Assembly (NCBI GenBank): GCA_053919585.1
Contig: CM132786.1
From: Euprymna scolopes
Taxonomy: Eukaryota
Length of the DNA stretch: 64,000 bases
Direction: 5' to 3' (one strand)
Within the stretch, counting starts at the first letter, position 1; each line of letters opens with the position of its first letter. Shown piece by piece: positions 1 through 12,639 of this stretch. The position numbers and the translations under genes were made by a program. The notes beneath the pieces were generated by a model. The model did not search any database and was not told where the DNA came from. It was given only the letters and a program-made list of their open reading frames with translations.

Positions 1-71
1 ACACCTCAAAATTACGTGTGACACGCGATTTTTCAAGAAGTGTTCGAGACCGTGGACATTAAAAGACCACA

Positions 72-280
72 GTCGCCATCTTGATTCTTTTCGTTTTTCC
101 TTCTCAGTCCGCACAACAGACAGACAAGAGCACGTTTTTGTGGTAATTTTTCTCTATTTTCCGACATAAACGATTGGTTCGATATAACATTAACTTATTA
201 ATTATAGAAAAATCATAATTGATTAAAGAAGCCAATAGATTACTTAGCTGTAGTGTTTACTTGTTATATCTGATTGGCTG
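72..280. promoter_or_regulatory. Candidate Pol II promoter: YY1-like motif plus three CCAAT boxes
   Basis: CAAGATGGCG on the - strand (74-83); ATTGG at 173-177 and 273-277; CCAAT at 232-236. The motifs are seen directly; promoter function is inferred. Confidence 0.45.
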
Positions 281-2979
281 TTTACGACCATAAAAGTTTA
301 GAACGCTTACAAATCATATTCGTAAAGGATCAGCAAATACTTAGTTTAAAGGGTTAAAAAATAGTCAATTAGGTTATATTATTTCTGGTAGTGAACAAGT
401 CTCATTCTACAAAATGTGAGATATTATTCATGTCGGTCCGTTTGTTTTTTCTATTCGATTCCATGTGACGTTTTACACTATTTTCAAAACAGTATTGCAA
501 CGTATTGTGATTCTACGATGGTAAAAACAGTTACGTTTGCTAGTTTAGTTATGCTGTTAGCAAATCTGAACAAGTTAGATACAAAAAGTAAAATCGTAAC
601 AATACGAAAAGACAAATAGTTGAACAATTTTAGTAAACGTTTACGAAACAAAAATATTCTAGGACAATAAGCAAAAGTAGTCTTTTTGCAGACGTAAAAG
701 ATTCTGAAGTGATTTAATTATATCTAGTTTAACGATGAGTTTGACATGGGTTTACAGTTACTGAGAGATCGGCTCGGTGATAGATCTTCATTTTTCATCC
801 TAGAAGCTACTACAACCGAGATGTCAAATCTAACAAAGAAATTGCGAATCCGAGAAACACACGGGGACTTGAAAATTGAGGAAAACTTTCTGAGAAAAAT
901 AATCAAATGTGTTTTCGTGCCATTGCTTGCATGAAAATTTATGATATTCTTTCACGGGGCTGAAAGCAAGTGGCAATCGCCGGAGAAAGAGGATTACTAG
1001 TGAACACAATGTATGTCACTTTTTGTCTGAGCGCTATGCAGTGATGAGATTAGTAGTTTGTTAGCGTGGATTTATATCGTGTAACTGTTTATGTAATTAT
1101 ATGTAAGTTGTGTAAACTGTTTTTAGTGTGTTAAACACGACTCGCACACTCGCACACTCGCACACACGCACATCCGCATTCAACAAAATGGCAACACAGA
1201 ATTAACAATGAATTGACGTTATACATACATTCAAGGGACCCGTACTGCGGTCTGTATACACACAACTGATGTGACACGGACCATATAATATACATACTTA
1301 TAAATATGACTGTATGTACGTTCCTGTGAGAGGAATGTTGATGTGCGTATTTAACATGTGTCGAGTTGTAAAATGTTTACATAACTTTGCCGTAGTATCT
1401 TAGTTTTAGGAACTGATTATGGACTTTTAAGCCTCTTCTTTTCGTGTTGCTATATATGATGGGGATAGTGTCTTGGATTTTTTCATCAAGATCCGACTAC
1501 TTATACTGATTGGCCTCTGTCATTGCTAAATTTCAACATGTACAGATAGGAAATTTTCCTGCTTCATTTTGAAGGGTCCGCTTTCATTTGCGTTCATGCC
1601 TTTCACTATGTCACTTCCTCAATGTTAATGTTGGATTGCCAATGCGTCGCACTCAAAATGACATCAGCTATGGTGTTTTGATTGAGATAATACTGTTTAA
1701 AAAGCGTAAGTGCTTAGCGGATTTAAAAAGTAGCAACACAAAAAAAATCTGCGATAATGCAAACATTCTAGAAATTTAAATATTATAACAGCAACATAAT
1801 ATGACATAAGATGAGCACTATTTAGCTTAAACACTAGAACTTTATAACAAAATCGAGATCGGCAAATATATTAAAGGACTGACTTACACAGTAGACAAAT
1901 GTGTAAAGTTCCTAATATATAATAAGTATTAATGAAAAGGTCATATGGTAAATACGCGACCAACTATCGAACTATCGTTTGCCACTTATAGTAACGATGT
2001 TTCAACGACAGCGAGACGTTTCTCGAATGGCTGTTATGTCCAGGCACATCACAACCAACTCACTTGTAAGTGATACGCACATTCATTTCAATTATGGATG
2101 TTATCTCCTTTTTAATCATGACAAGTCTTCGCTCTGGTTTTTTGGTGTAATCAATTCTCTCCAAATAATAATTATCTGGTCTGAATTAACTGCTGTGTTG
2201 AAACTGTACGCTTGATTAAAAAGAAGCAACAACTCACATATTTTTAATAAATAATCGCTATTCATTTCGAAGGAGCATATCAAATCTGCGAGTTCATTCA
2301 CCTGGGTTTATACAACTGAGATAAACAAGGTCGAAACGCTAAAAGTCTCTCTTGTACTCACAAAAAAACGGGCGACAGAATGATGACAGGGTAGGTATAA
2401 ATACATATCTACCAAATATAATCAGCATGTTCTAGGCAACAGGTTGTTAGCGTTCAGCCGCCCGACATTTCTGCAGTACCTTTGATCCCTCGATTTTAAA
2501 TATCTGTCAAGATCAAATCTGACAGACCAAACGCTTTTTGTCAGCAATTTTAAACCTTAGTTGAGCGAGGAGTTTCTGACTTATCGATGCTTTAATAATA
2601 ATCTATTTATTTATCTATTTTTACACGTTACATGTTTCCCAATAAACTGCCTAATGGTCAGGCATAATGTTTTATACGCGTAGAAGTCTAGTTCTTCCAG
2701 ATATAGGCACATAATTGTGCAACATTCGTCTTCGTTTTTGGTGGAACTTTGCTCTAAATGCTTATGTGTTCCTATAATTTGTTTTCTCATCACTTAATAC
2801 TTGGTTTAACTTTGGACTTCATTTTTTTGTTCTTTTTTATTCTTTTGTGCTTTCCCTGCAACATATGTTTATTTCAATCTTTTTATAAATTTCAGAAAAA
2901 TTAATTGTTTCGTTTTTTTTATCTGTTTTTTACCTTTATAGATTAATTGGGATATCAAACAGTCATTAGTATTTTTCAG

Positions 2980-3074
2980 TGCAGTTCTGGCTTCAGGAAG
3001 TGTCGTGGAGGTTTGCCGGCATCTAACCACTGAGCCGAGCGTCACTGATTGTCGTAACGAACACATTTTTCATC
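2980..3074 (+). other. Candidate internal exon (95 bp) of an unidentified gene
   Basis: TTTTTCAG acceptor ends at 2979; GTAAGT donor at 3075-3080; GC-richer than its flanks; one open frame (AVLASGSVVEVCRHLTTEPSVTDCRNEHIFH). No homology recognised. Confidence 0.3.
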
Positions 3075-3608
3075 GTAAGTTACAAACCAGTTGAGAAACA
3101 AGTCGTTCTTATTGCGTAAAATAAGTTAAAATGATTCTTTATAACAGCGTTTTTTTTTGTTTTTTTTTTTTGTCGTTTAATTTGTGAGGCACACATTTAC
3201 TATACTTTTTCTTTTTAATCTCTTTCAACTAGTTCGAAATTGTCATAAACGTTACGTCTAATTTAGAAACAAGTATTCGACAGTTATGCGTGGATTGGCT
3301 TCGTATAAGGCTCTTTATGTATCGTTGTCAACATCCACTTGCTAACCACTATGTTTATCATCGTCAAGACTCTCGAAAGTTCTTAAACTACAATTGTGTT
3401 GTGCGTTTAGTAGTCGTTCCTGGAATAAACTCTTCGTTGATATCGCGATCTGTTTTTAGCAGTTTTCGCCCTAGCTTGGAATAAAAACATTGTGCGAATT
3501 ATTTTTTCCATCTTGAATACAACGTTCTGAGAAAGATATAATTGTTTTTAAACGATTGTAATTTAAACGATTAGATAGCGCAAAAACACTCTTAAAATGA
3601 TATACAAA

Positions 3609-3820
3609 TGTTATGGGCTTAGATTGTAATAAGAACGAAGGAACACAGGACTTTTAAGGAAACGAACATGTATTCACATATATTACAAGCAAAGCGAGTT
3701 GAGAAACCCCATTCCTCAAAAGTGGAGCGTATGCACCCGACCTCCTTGGTCGCGTGCCAATCTCTGACTGCCGGACACCGGTACTCGATATCGGAAGTGA
3801 CGTCACTAGAGGAAGTGACA
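3609..3820 (-). repeat. 3' LTR of the Gypsy element
   Basis: TG...CA termini; aligns with 6906-7116; preceded on the - strand by a polypurine tract. Confidence 0.88.
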
Positions 3821-3829
3821 CCTCCTCTC

Positions 3830-4930
3830 AACCTTCTGGTTCGTAAAAGCTGTCAGTGCCTCTTCCTTTTAGGGTTTACCATCAATGGCTCGGTAACCTT
3901 TCTCTTACGGAACGACAGCCGTAGTTCAGGTGTTGGTTGAGGAGGTTCAAGATCAAAAGTTTCGAAGACAGTGTCTATCGGCTAATCTTATAATGGTGGA
4001 CTGTCGCTGGTTTCAACTGATCGATATCTTCTTAGTTGGTTCTGGTTACGTTTGTGGGTATATGTTGGTCCTTGGATGATATATACCATGTCACCGATTC
4101 TCTTAGTAATTGTACCCACCTCCCAAAATTGATGTGTTGTTTTTATAACTTTTGAAAAGCACTTTTTTACCCGATATGAAACGTTTACTGGGTACATAAG
4201 TGGTCACGAGTGGCCTTGAGTGTTTGGGTAAGAGCCTGTCAAAAACGAATCTCACTGTCCGCGTAAACATCGTTTCTGCAGATGAGACTGCTGGTCGGTT
4301 GGGGTGTAATTCTATACACGTGTAGAAATTGTTGCTTTAGTTTGGGGAATTCTTTTGACGCGGGTTGTTTTAGCTTTCGGCTTTGTAGTTTCAGTTTTTG
4401 CCTCCTTTAGCAGATTCCGTTCAAGCCTTCTTTTTTCGATTTCTCTGTTGCTGAAAGTGGTACGTTACGTTTCTTCTTGAAAACGGTCAGAGAGTTTCCT
4501 TTTAGTTCGAATCTTGCTATAGCGTTTGTACATTTTCCTAGTCCTGGATAGAACACTTCTGGAAATTCCCCTTTTAACTCGTCTTTCAGTTGTTGCGCTT
4601 CCATAGACGAGTCTTCTACCCTATGACAGAATTTATTCATAAGTTGGTTCCACAATTCGAATCGCTCCATCCAGTCAGTATCAAAGAGGTTTTCGGATGT
4701 CCTCTGTACATAGACTTTCACTTTTTATTAACACTATTTAAGGTCACTGGGAGTGTGAGGTCTCCTTCAAATTCCACTTTATCGCCTGTCACAGCTCGAG
4801 CTGATTTGTTTGCATTCCGTATGGTTGGTTTCCTTAGCCTTTTCCACGTCTTAAGGTTAATGATGGACAGGTCTGATCCGGAATCCAATTGGAGATGCAC
4901 AGTTGTATTTGCGATGTTAACTGTGACATA
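3830..4930 (-). pseudogene. Gypsy pol remnant: protease and RT start fused to the integrase C-terminus
   Basis: LQLDSGSDLSII aspartic-protease motif (ORF 4718-4900); FPEVFYPGLGKC...FKKKRNVP pre-RT segment (4407-4721); WEVGTITKRIGDMVYII integrase C-terminal region (3988-4197). RT core, RNase H and integrase core are absent. Confidence 0.8.
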
Positions 4931-4999
4931 TTTGCGCTAGTTGTTATCCTAATCCAAGTCGGATTTAGTCTGCCGGACGCTGTTCTTGACCTTGTTCTT

Positions 5000-6014
5000 C
5001 CTGCACTGGGTCGCTTTGTGGCCCTTCCTGCCACATTCGTTGCAGTACTTATATTTGTAAAACATTGAGTCGACCAATGTTTCCCGCCGCATCGATAGTG
5101 CGGGCTTATAGGGGATCTTGGTCTTGTGACTAGGTGGTACTTATTAGGTGTAAGCTGAGTTTTCTTACTTCCAGCTTTGCTTTTTCGGGGTGAGTATTTT
5201 TCCGGTCTGGAGGTCGCCATTCTAATGATGTTGGACCTGATTCCTCGACGTGTCTCTAGTTGTTCCTTAAGCAGACTACCCGTTGACAATCATCAGTCAA
5301 CTTCTGGAGGGTGAGGCCCTGTTCGTTCTCAAGTCTAGAGAGAACACTTTGTCTAATCTCGGCGTTTTTGGATGAGACTAGACCATGCGCAAAAATTGAA
5401 ATCATCTGCCGATAAGTCAGATAGACGGAAATCATCGCAGTGTTTATTTACCACGAACGCGAAGGTTAGGTAATCGTCGTCGTCGCTTTTTTGCAGTTTC
5501 AAGCACTTCCATCTTTTATGAAAGAGCGTAGAATTCGGGCTGAACAGTTCGGATAAAAGTTTGACCGCTTCAGAAAATTCCATTTATTCGTCTTCCTGAG
5601 GAAGATTAAATCCATAAACTTGCTATGTTCTGTGGTCCCTAATTTCCTCAATAGTATGCGAACTTTCTTAGCGTTGTCCACTCTTGACAATCCACGATAA
5701 ATAGGTCCTCATATCTCCGATAGAAAGCGTCAAACGTCCTGTCCACATCCGTTGACCGTTTCTATAGAATTTTGTATTGTACTTTTGGAAAAAGCAAAAC
5801 TGTCGTCCCTGTGTTCCGTTCTATCGAAAATTTTTAACAATAGCTCTTCTTGTCTCTGTTGTTGAAGTAGCATTCTCTCCTTCAACGCTTGTTGCCTCTC
5901 TTGAAATTGTAACTGGGGCTGGTTATTACGTATTTTTAAATTTTCCTCAGCCTTCTGCTGCTGGTCCATCTTAGCCTTGATTAGCTGTATAAATACTGCT
6001 TTAACGTCCTTCAT
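5000..6014 (-). pseudogene. Gypsy gag remnant (frameshifted)
   Basis: ORF pieces 5730-6014, 5499-5690 (KKVRILLRKLGTTEH) and 5353-5583 (AVKLLSELFSP..LFHKRWKCL); CX2CX4HX4C knuckle CNECGRKGHKATQC near 5000-5045 and a second degenerate knuckle YRCGGKHWSTQC. Confidence 0.8.
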
Positions 6015-6905
6015 CTTTTAATGGCTTTTCCAAAGGCACAAAAACTATTTCAGTTTTTGACTCGTGACGAGAGATAAAATAATAAAAAAGAAAATGCGCT
6101 TTCTTTGAGTGTGTGCTGGAACAATGTATCTCTTGATTCTTGGTAAAAAAAGCCTTAGAGATAACCCAATATGAGGATGGACAAAAACATTATTTTTTAC
6201 TTGAGAGACAAAAAGAAAAAGGAAATATACTGTAATACAATACAGTTGCAAAAGAATAAAAATAATTGTTGAAATGTCTGGAAGTTAGCCAAAATGGATG
6301 TATTTTTATGTGTGTGGAGGTGGAGGGTAATCCCCATACGGAAGAAAAAAGATTTTTCACTTTAGAACCGACAGTTAAAATTAGAATATTTCAGAAAATT
6401 CAACTCAATGAAAAAAATCTTTCTTTTAGTCCAAGAACAACAAAAAGGGGGAAAACCTTCTCTCTCGTTAAAAATATTGGATAAAGTTCGCAGCAAAAAC
6501 AAAGGCTAAAAAACTTTTCACTTCATTTGAAAAATGTTCAAATTTTCATACGACTAAACAGTCAACAGGTTACTCAAGAATTATTCTCGTGGGTCAACAT
6601 TTTTCTCTCTTTTTTTCTTCTTTCAATAAGCAACCAAACTAATTATTACGGCTTTCACAAAAAAAATGAGATTAGCACAGATCTTTTCAATTTAAATATA
6701 GAGACAAAAAGATTACTTACAATTGCGTCGATAACTTTGCCTTGTGTTCGTTTTCTTCTTTTTTGTTTTTAGAATTTTGTTTTTAGAACGTAATTACCAG
6801 CCGACTTTTTAGCTTGGAAATCCGAAGTTCTTTTGAAATCAATTAGAATTTTGCTTTGTTTTTGTGGAGTTAACCGGTGTAAAAGTTGAATCTGGCGTCG
6901 GCAGT

Positions 6906-7116
6906 TGTTATTGTGTTAAATTGTTATAAGAACGAAGAAACACAGGATTTTTATGAACGGAACAGGTATTCACATATATTACAAGCAAAGCGAGTTGAGC
7001 AAAATCAGTCCTCAACGATGAGGCCTATGCATCCGAGCTCCTTCGTCGCATGCTAATCTCTGACTGCCGGGCACCGGTACTCAATACCGGAAGTGAAGTC
7101 ACTAGAGGAAGTAACG
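6906..7116 (-). repeat. 5' LTR of the Gypsy element
   Basis: Roughly 80-85% identical by eye to 3609-3820; followed on the - strand by AC-TGCCGACGCC (PBS-like). Confidence 0.85.
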
Positions 7117-7995
7117 TCATGAGACAGTTCATTAATCCCATGTAGGGGCGTCTCCAACAATAAATTAAAGGTAGTATAACGAAAACTTAATTTAAAGTAC
7201 ATTATTTTAAATCAAAACTGAAAATTTCGCAAGGACTTACTTCTTAATATAATATTAAGAAATCATGATCTACCTAAACTGTGTAATAGGACACGGTTAA
7301 CAATAAGAAGCCATTATAATAATTTGAAATTTTAAAAGTGAAACTGTGTTAATGTCTCGGAATCCTCTTACCCCTTTTGATATGCTATTTCAAGTCAACC
7401 GTTTACAATTCTAAATAAAAATTAGTTTTGCCATGTTTATAACTAAAGCTCAAGGATAAGCCTCAAAGTTGTTGGACTTAATCTTCAAGCACTTTGCTTT
7501 TCTCATGGCCAGTTTTAAGTTAATTACTCATGTATTTGAAATCTTGAAACCCTCTACATTGACACACTTATTAGAGGTCACACCAAAAATGTTGTAGAAG
7601 TTCTTCAAAATTAATGCTACATGTATATTTAACAGTGTTCAGATATGCATTGTTGCAAACAATTTTTTATTATTTCATTAACAGAATAGATTACTAATGT
7701 CAAATTTATATATATTGTACATCAACTAGTTAAAACAAAAGGAGATGTGTCAGTTTTCAGACATGCACTAAGATATAAAAATAATTGCAATTTTTACATC
7801 ATATTTTGGAATAAGAAGGACTAGAATATAAAAGATTAAACTACAAAAGCGGATTAGGGCTACTGGCGAGACCTCTTTAAATAAATAAAAACATACTGCT
7901 TCTACCTCATGTGGATTGAAATTTATGAATTTATGCTTCGTTTAATCAATTTGATAATAATGTATGTAAGCAGAATATTAAAATATGTCAAATAC

Positions 7996-8024
7996 AACCT
8001 GGCAACGTCGGTTACTTCAGCTAG
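7996..8024 (+). mobile_element. Helitron 3' terminus (degenerate; 5' end not located)
   Basis: AACCTGGCAACGTCGGTT hairpin, a variant of the CCGGGCAACGCCGGG at 13056, followed by TACTTCAG-CTAG|T. Confidence 0.55.
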
Positions 8025-8917
8025 TGTATGAATAAAAATAATTAAAGTTAATATTATAACTAAGTGTTATGATCAAAGTTTAGTAAAAAGAATAATACGG
8101 GCGTGGATATCAAGTCGAACAGTATATTCGTGGTTAAATGTCGTGCATAAATTACTAAGTGACGAGAGTATGTTCTCTCATCTTTTAATAAATCAAGCTG
8201 TTAATTGTTACTTCCTCCCCTTTCTCTTTTTTAGCCGTGTATGTCAGGTGTAGACGGGTTTATTTGTAGGTCCATATGTCTCCGCAACATCCCTTAACGC
8301 AGGCCTGTTATTATGTGAAAATTGTTTTTCATTTTCTTTTAAAAATCTTCTCTTTTTGTGGATTAACTTCTGATGGCGAAGTAATTTTCTTTCTCCTTTA
8401 CCCTCATTGAGGGCGATCTTTGTCCCAATCTGTTCTTCAAATTCATCGTGCGTATTTGCGGGGTCCATTTCATAAATCCTTATTAATTGATTATATCTAT
8501 CTTACGCGTATGCTTTTGTCCTTAGATTATGTGCGCCATATTGATGGTCCTTTTAATGATCGTACTGTTCCTTGTACGATATATTCTTTAGAAAATGTTT
8601 TAAAAAAGATTTCTAGCCATACGAGCATTTCGTGGCTTAATTTGTTCTTGAATGCCTGAGAATTTGTCAAACACGATATTTCACTTTTAAGACACGGATA
8701 CTGTCGGCTGGCCAATTGATCGAATATTCCGGTTCAGCGCTATGTGACAGACCTGTAACACCTACTGTAATGCCATGTAGGTAAGTGTTCGTTGACCTTT
8801 CTGAATGCTCTTGTCAGCGTATCCACAAACCTCTCTTATTTCCCGTTAGATCACAGGTGGTATTGTTACGTTGTTATGTGTTTAACCTGGAAAGTGTCCC
8901 AAAATTCCTTAACTTAA

Positions 8918-9990
8918 CAGGTAGTCCAGGTAGTCCTCGACGGTCGCACATCTAAACAATATGATATAAATGCGGGAGTGCCCCCAGGGTTCTATCCTTG
9001 GACCTCTATTGTTCCTGATATTCATAAATGACCTCCCCGACAACATTGCCTCTGAGATGGGTACATATGCTGATGACACTACACTCTATGGCAGACACGA
9101 CAGGAAGACGAATGAACACATTTCTAAAGAAATGGCAGAAACACTAGAGGAAGACCTCCAATCTGTAGTGGAATGGGGACAAAAGTGGTTGGTCGCGTTC
9201 AATGCTGCCAAGACTAAACTAGTTTCATTCAATAATTACAAGAAACCCTCTCTACCACCAATAGCAATGGCCAACGACCCTTTATCTGAGAGTCCATCTT
9301 TCAAACTCCTTGGCCTAACGTTCACAGGAAACATGAGTTGGAACAATTACATTGAAGGCATTGCCAGGGCCGCTGCAAGAAAGGTAGGCTCTCTCTACCG
9401 TGCTAGAAAACTACTAACACCCGAAAGTATCCTGTACCTCTATAAGGCCACCATTCGCCCATGTATGGAGTATTGCTGCCACATCTGGGCTGGTGCATCT
9501 GCTACTAGTCTCTCGCTCCTTGACAAGGTTCAAAAGAGAGTCGCAAATCTGATAGGCCCTAAACTGGCATCTAAGCTTCAGCCTCTGTCCCATCGACGAA
9601 ATGTTGCATCCCTCTGGCTGTTCTACAAGTATTTTAGTGGTGAATGCTCTGATGAACTGCAATCACTTGTGCCCCCACGACGCGAGCACCCTCGACAAAC
9701 CCGACAGGCTACTAGATCCCACCCCCACACTGTAGAGGTCCCTAGATGTAAAAGATCTTTTTACTCCAATAGTTTCTTCCCCAGAACCGCAAGACTCTGG
9801 AATTCCATTCCAGGTCCCTGCTTCCCCAACAGTACTGACGTGCAGAAGTTCAAGTGTAACGTGAACCGACACCTTGCTGCCCAAATCCCTACATAGTACC
9901 CCAGTAGTTGTTGCCCCTGATAGTAGCCCCCTACACCAAAGTGGCAATTTGCCTTGTTTGGGGTGAAAATGTAATAAAAAAAAAAAAAAA
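8918..9990 (+). mobile_element. CR1-group LINE, subfamily A, 5'-truncated, with poly(A) tail
   Basis: ORF 8970-9896 with PQGSILGP, YADD, IRPCMEYCCHIW and SFFPRTARLWN; a +1 frameshift at GVP/QGS; AATAAA plus an A-run ending at 9990. Confidence 0.92.
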
Positions 9991-10108
9991 CTTCTGCCAA
10001 TGTAAACTGTGTCATTGTCACTGTGTCATTGTCACTGAAAACGAACCTGGTACTCCAAATAATGCAAACAGTTATGTATTGGCCAGATTGCAACAGCTGT
10101 TATCGACC

Positions 10109-10687
10109 TTTTTTACAAAGGAGTCACCACTTATCAAGGCCGGAGCCCACTCGAGGATAAGGGTTAATATGTGTACAGTGGTCAAGAGGAGCATGTCAGT
10201 CGTCGTTAGTAGTGGTAATTCGGTAAATTGGATTACTTAAGGAGATGGCTCATCAAGAATTTGTTTACGTTGGACTTGAAAACGACTATATTGTAGTCAG
10301 TTGAAAAGCAAGAAAACGGAACAGAGTTCCACAGTCGTGCGATTCTTAGAAAAAAGCTTTGTTCATGGAATTTCCGGTTAGGTTTAGGAACAGATAAAGA
10401 GTAGAGGAAATTATTGATAGTTGTTTCAATAAGACGAGTATTTTTCGTGAAAGTCACTCCAGGTTGAGGACATAGATGGAAGCTTAGACGAGCACTTGCC
10501 ATTGAAATAACAACAAAGCAGAAACAGGCTCGCAGCGTCTCTTCTGTGGGAAAGAGGTTCCAGGGAAGAAAAAAGGGCATCCCTAACTAGGCTACGAAGT
10601 CTATTTTTAACTCTGTAAATGCGGGATAAGCTGCTTCTGGCAGTTTCTGCCCAGATGTGGCAACAGTACTCCATTATTGGACGCACT
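10109..10687 (-). mobile_element. CR1-group LINE, subfamily B, 3' fragment
   Basis: MEYCCHIW...HRRDAASL and EQSFFLRIARLWNSVP in ORFs 10426-10686 and 10233-10580; 3' UTR GCCTTGATAAGTGG and an A-tail. Confidence 0.88.
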
Positions 10688-12639
10688 AAACTAAAATTTA
10701 TAAAACTAGTAATGAATAAAATTTAAATATTACTTTTATAATAATTATATTTGAAAATACTTGAGTATTGAATGAACTTTTAAGATATTTTTCGATTACG
10801 CGTTATTATAATTATATTTAAAACGTACTACATTATTGTATACATTTTATAGATCTCTGTATGTTACAAAGTATAAGAATTTAAAAAAAAACCCTTAGTT
10901 TGTTGTAAACTATTAAGTGCTACATAATGGCGTGAAAAATGAGCTCGACGTCTTCAGCTCATAGAAATACGAAAAATATTATATAGATATACGATCGTTT
11001 ATTTATGAAATTGCACTCCATCATTATTGTTTTATTGACTTTGTTTTAGATTTATTTTTTTTACAAGTTACAAAAACATATCTATAAAAAATATTGTTTA
11101 TTTTAATCACATGTTGTCTTCTTTTTTTTAATGATTTCTATATAGTTTAATCGGGAATGTATGAGAAAGAGAAAAAATCTTTCCGCGACTGAAATAATAC
11201 AATGTATAATAGGTATGAACCGATAATAGTTTGTTTGCCTCTAATTATATTACGATAATATTGCCGTCTTTGAGGTGTCCGCTGACACGATTGTATCTTG
11301 CCAAGTTTTCACTTACTTTGAACTCGATAACAAGCTCTTAATTAACATCAACATGAATTGAATTAGTGTAAGGGTTTAACGTAAACGTTGGATCATTTCC
11401 AGTTTGTTTCTCTGTAGAATTTCGCATTAACAAACAATATTTCGAAGACTTTAGCCGAAAACCAGCAATTTGCTTTCTTTATAGGAACGTAATCTGAGAT
11501 TATGAAAGGTAGATTTCATAAATATTTCAATAGATGTTATATAAAACAAGAAGTGCACTTTTCTTCAGGGGAATCAATACAACCAATGCATCGTTAAACA
11601 TTGTTATCGAGGAAGTGTTATGTGTAATAAAACACTTTAATAATAACAAACAATTATAAAGTGTCAGTGCAAGTCTAGATGATATCTATTTTATTTTTAA
11701 AAATCTGTGTGCTTGTGTGTGGGGGGGTGTTTTAGTTCGGTTCCTGTGCACTCGAAAACAGCTCGTGCGATTTTTATATAATTACACGCGAATGTACTTT
11801 ATGTGTCTGGCAATGTTCTTAAACAGATATTGTATTGGAATGTGTTCGATAAATATTGACGATAGAAATAAACCGATGAAAAAAAGCGTAGGCGATTTTA
11901 ACTGAAGTTAACAGATTATACAGCCTAACATCACGAGTGCATTTCAGAAGTTTATTACCAGACAAACCGAAAGGTCCAACATATAAAAATCAACAGCATG
12001 TCCTATTATATTAAAGTAATGTGTTCTAAATTAACGTTTCTGTTTAAAGCACAAGTTCACCATGATACTTGACTTTTTTATTTTAAACTTAAATTCATTC
12101 CATTATCACCGCACATGGATTACGGCCAGGCATATAAAATAGACATGTTCTTTGATATAACAGAGATGCGTTCGAAATAAATGTGTCTGTTTAGAGCGCT
12201 ATTGAATCGTGATGCTTGAATTTTACATTTTAAACTTTAATTCAAACCATTATATATCAAAATAATTTTATAAAACCGCAGTACGTTTTCTACAGTGAGG
12301 TGTAGACTACAATGTATTGTTGACTAAGTCACGGGGAGTCATGTGAAGCTTCCTCTCACCGCGAATGGTCCTCAACTAGAGCAGATAGATAACAAAAATT
12401 TATGGTGATCTCTTAACGCGTATATATGAACACACGCAAAGTTAAGAACTACTTAGGTGGATACAAAGTTTAAGGGTCCTTAAAGAAGCTAGATCGCGAG
12501 TATAAACACCTGATTGTATAAATGTATATAAACTGTATAAAAGACTTGTATATAAATGAATGGTGAAAGATGAATGCCGACGAGCCTTAAAGAGACTATC
12601 AAAGAAAGGCTTACGCACGTTAGAGAAATTCGCACAAAA

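Larger units (their letters stand above)
3609..7116 (-). mobile_element. Gypsy/Ty3 (Mag-like) LTR retrotransposon, internally deleted and degenerate
   Basis: Two ~212-bp LTRs (3609-3820, 6906-7116); PPT GAGAGGAGG abutting the 3' LTR (3821-3829); degenerate PBS TGCCGACG beside the 5' LTR; gag, zinc knuckle, DSGS protease, RT start and integrase C-terminus on the - strand. Confidence 0.9.

Noticed and set aside
2985-3048. tRNA/SINE head on the - strand (GGCTCAGTGGTTAGA)
   Set aside because: A-box-like word only, with no B-box; it overlaps the candidate exon and cannot be resolved.
8970-9896. 308-aa RT ORF as a domesticated or active gene
   Set aside because: It is the 3' part of a truncated CR1; the ATG comes from a frameshift, and the N-terminal RT motifs and endonuclease are missing.
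12015-12255. Diverged ~146-bp two-copy duplication
   Set aside because: Visible but short and old, with no associated structure.
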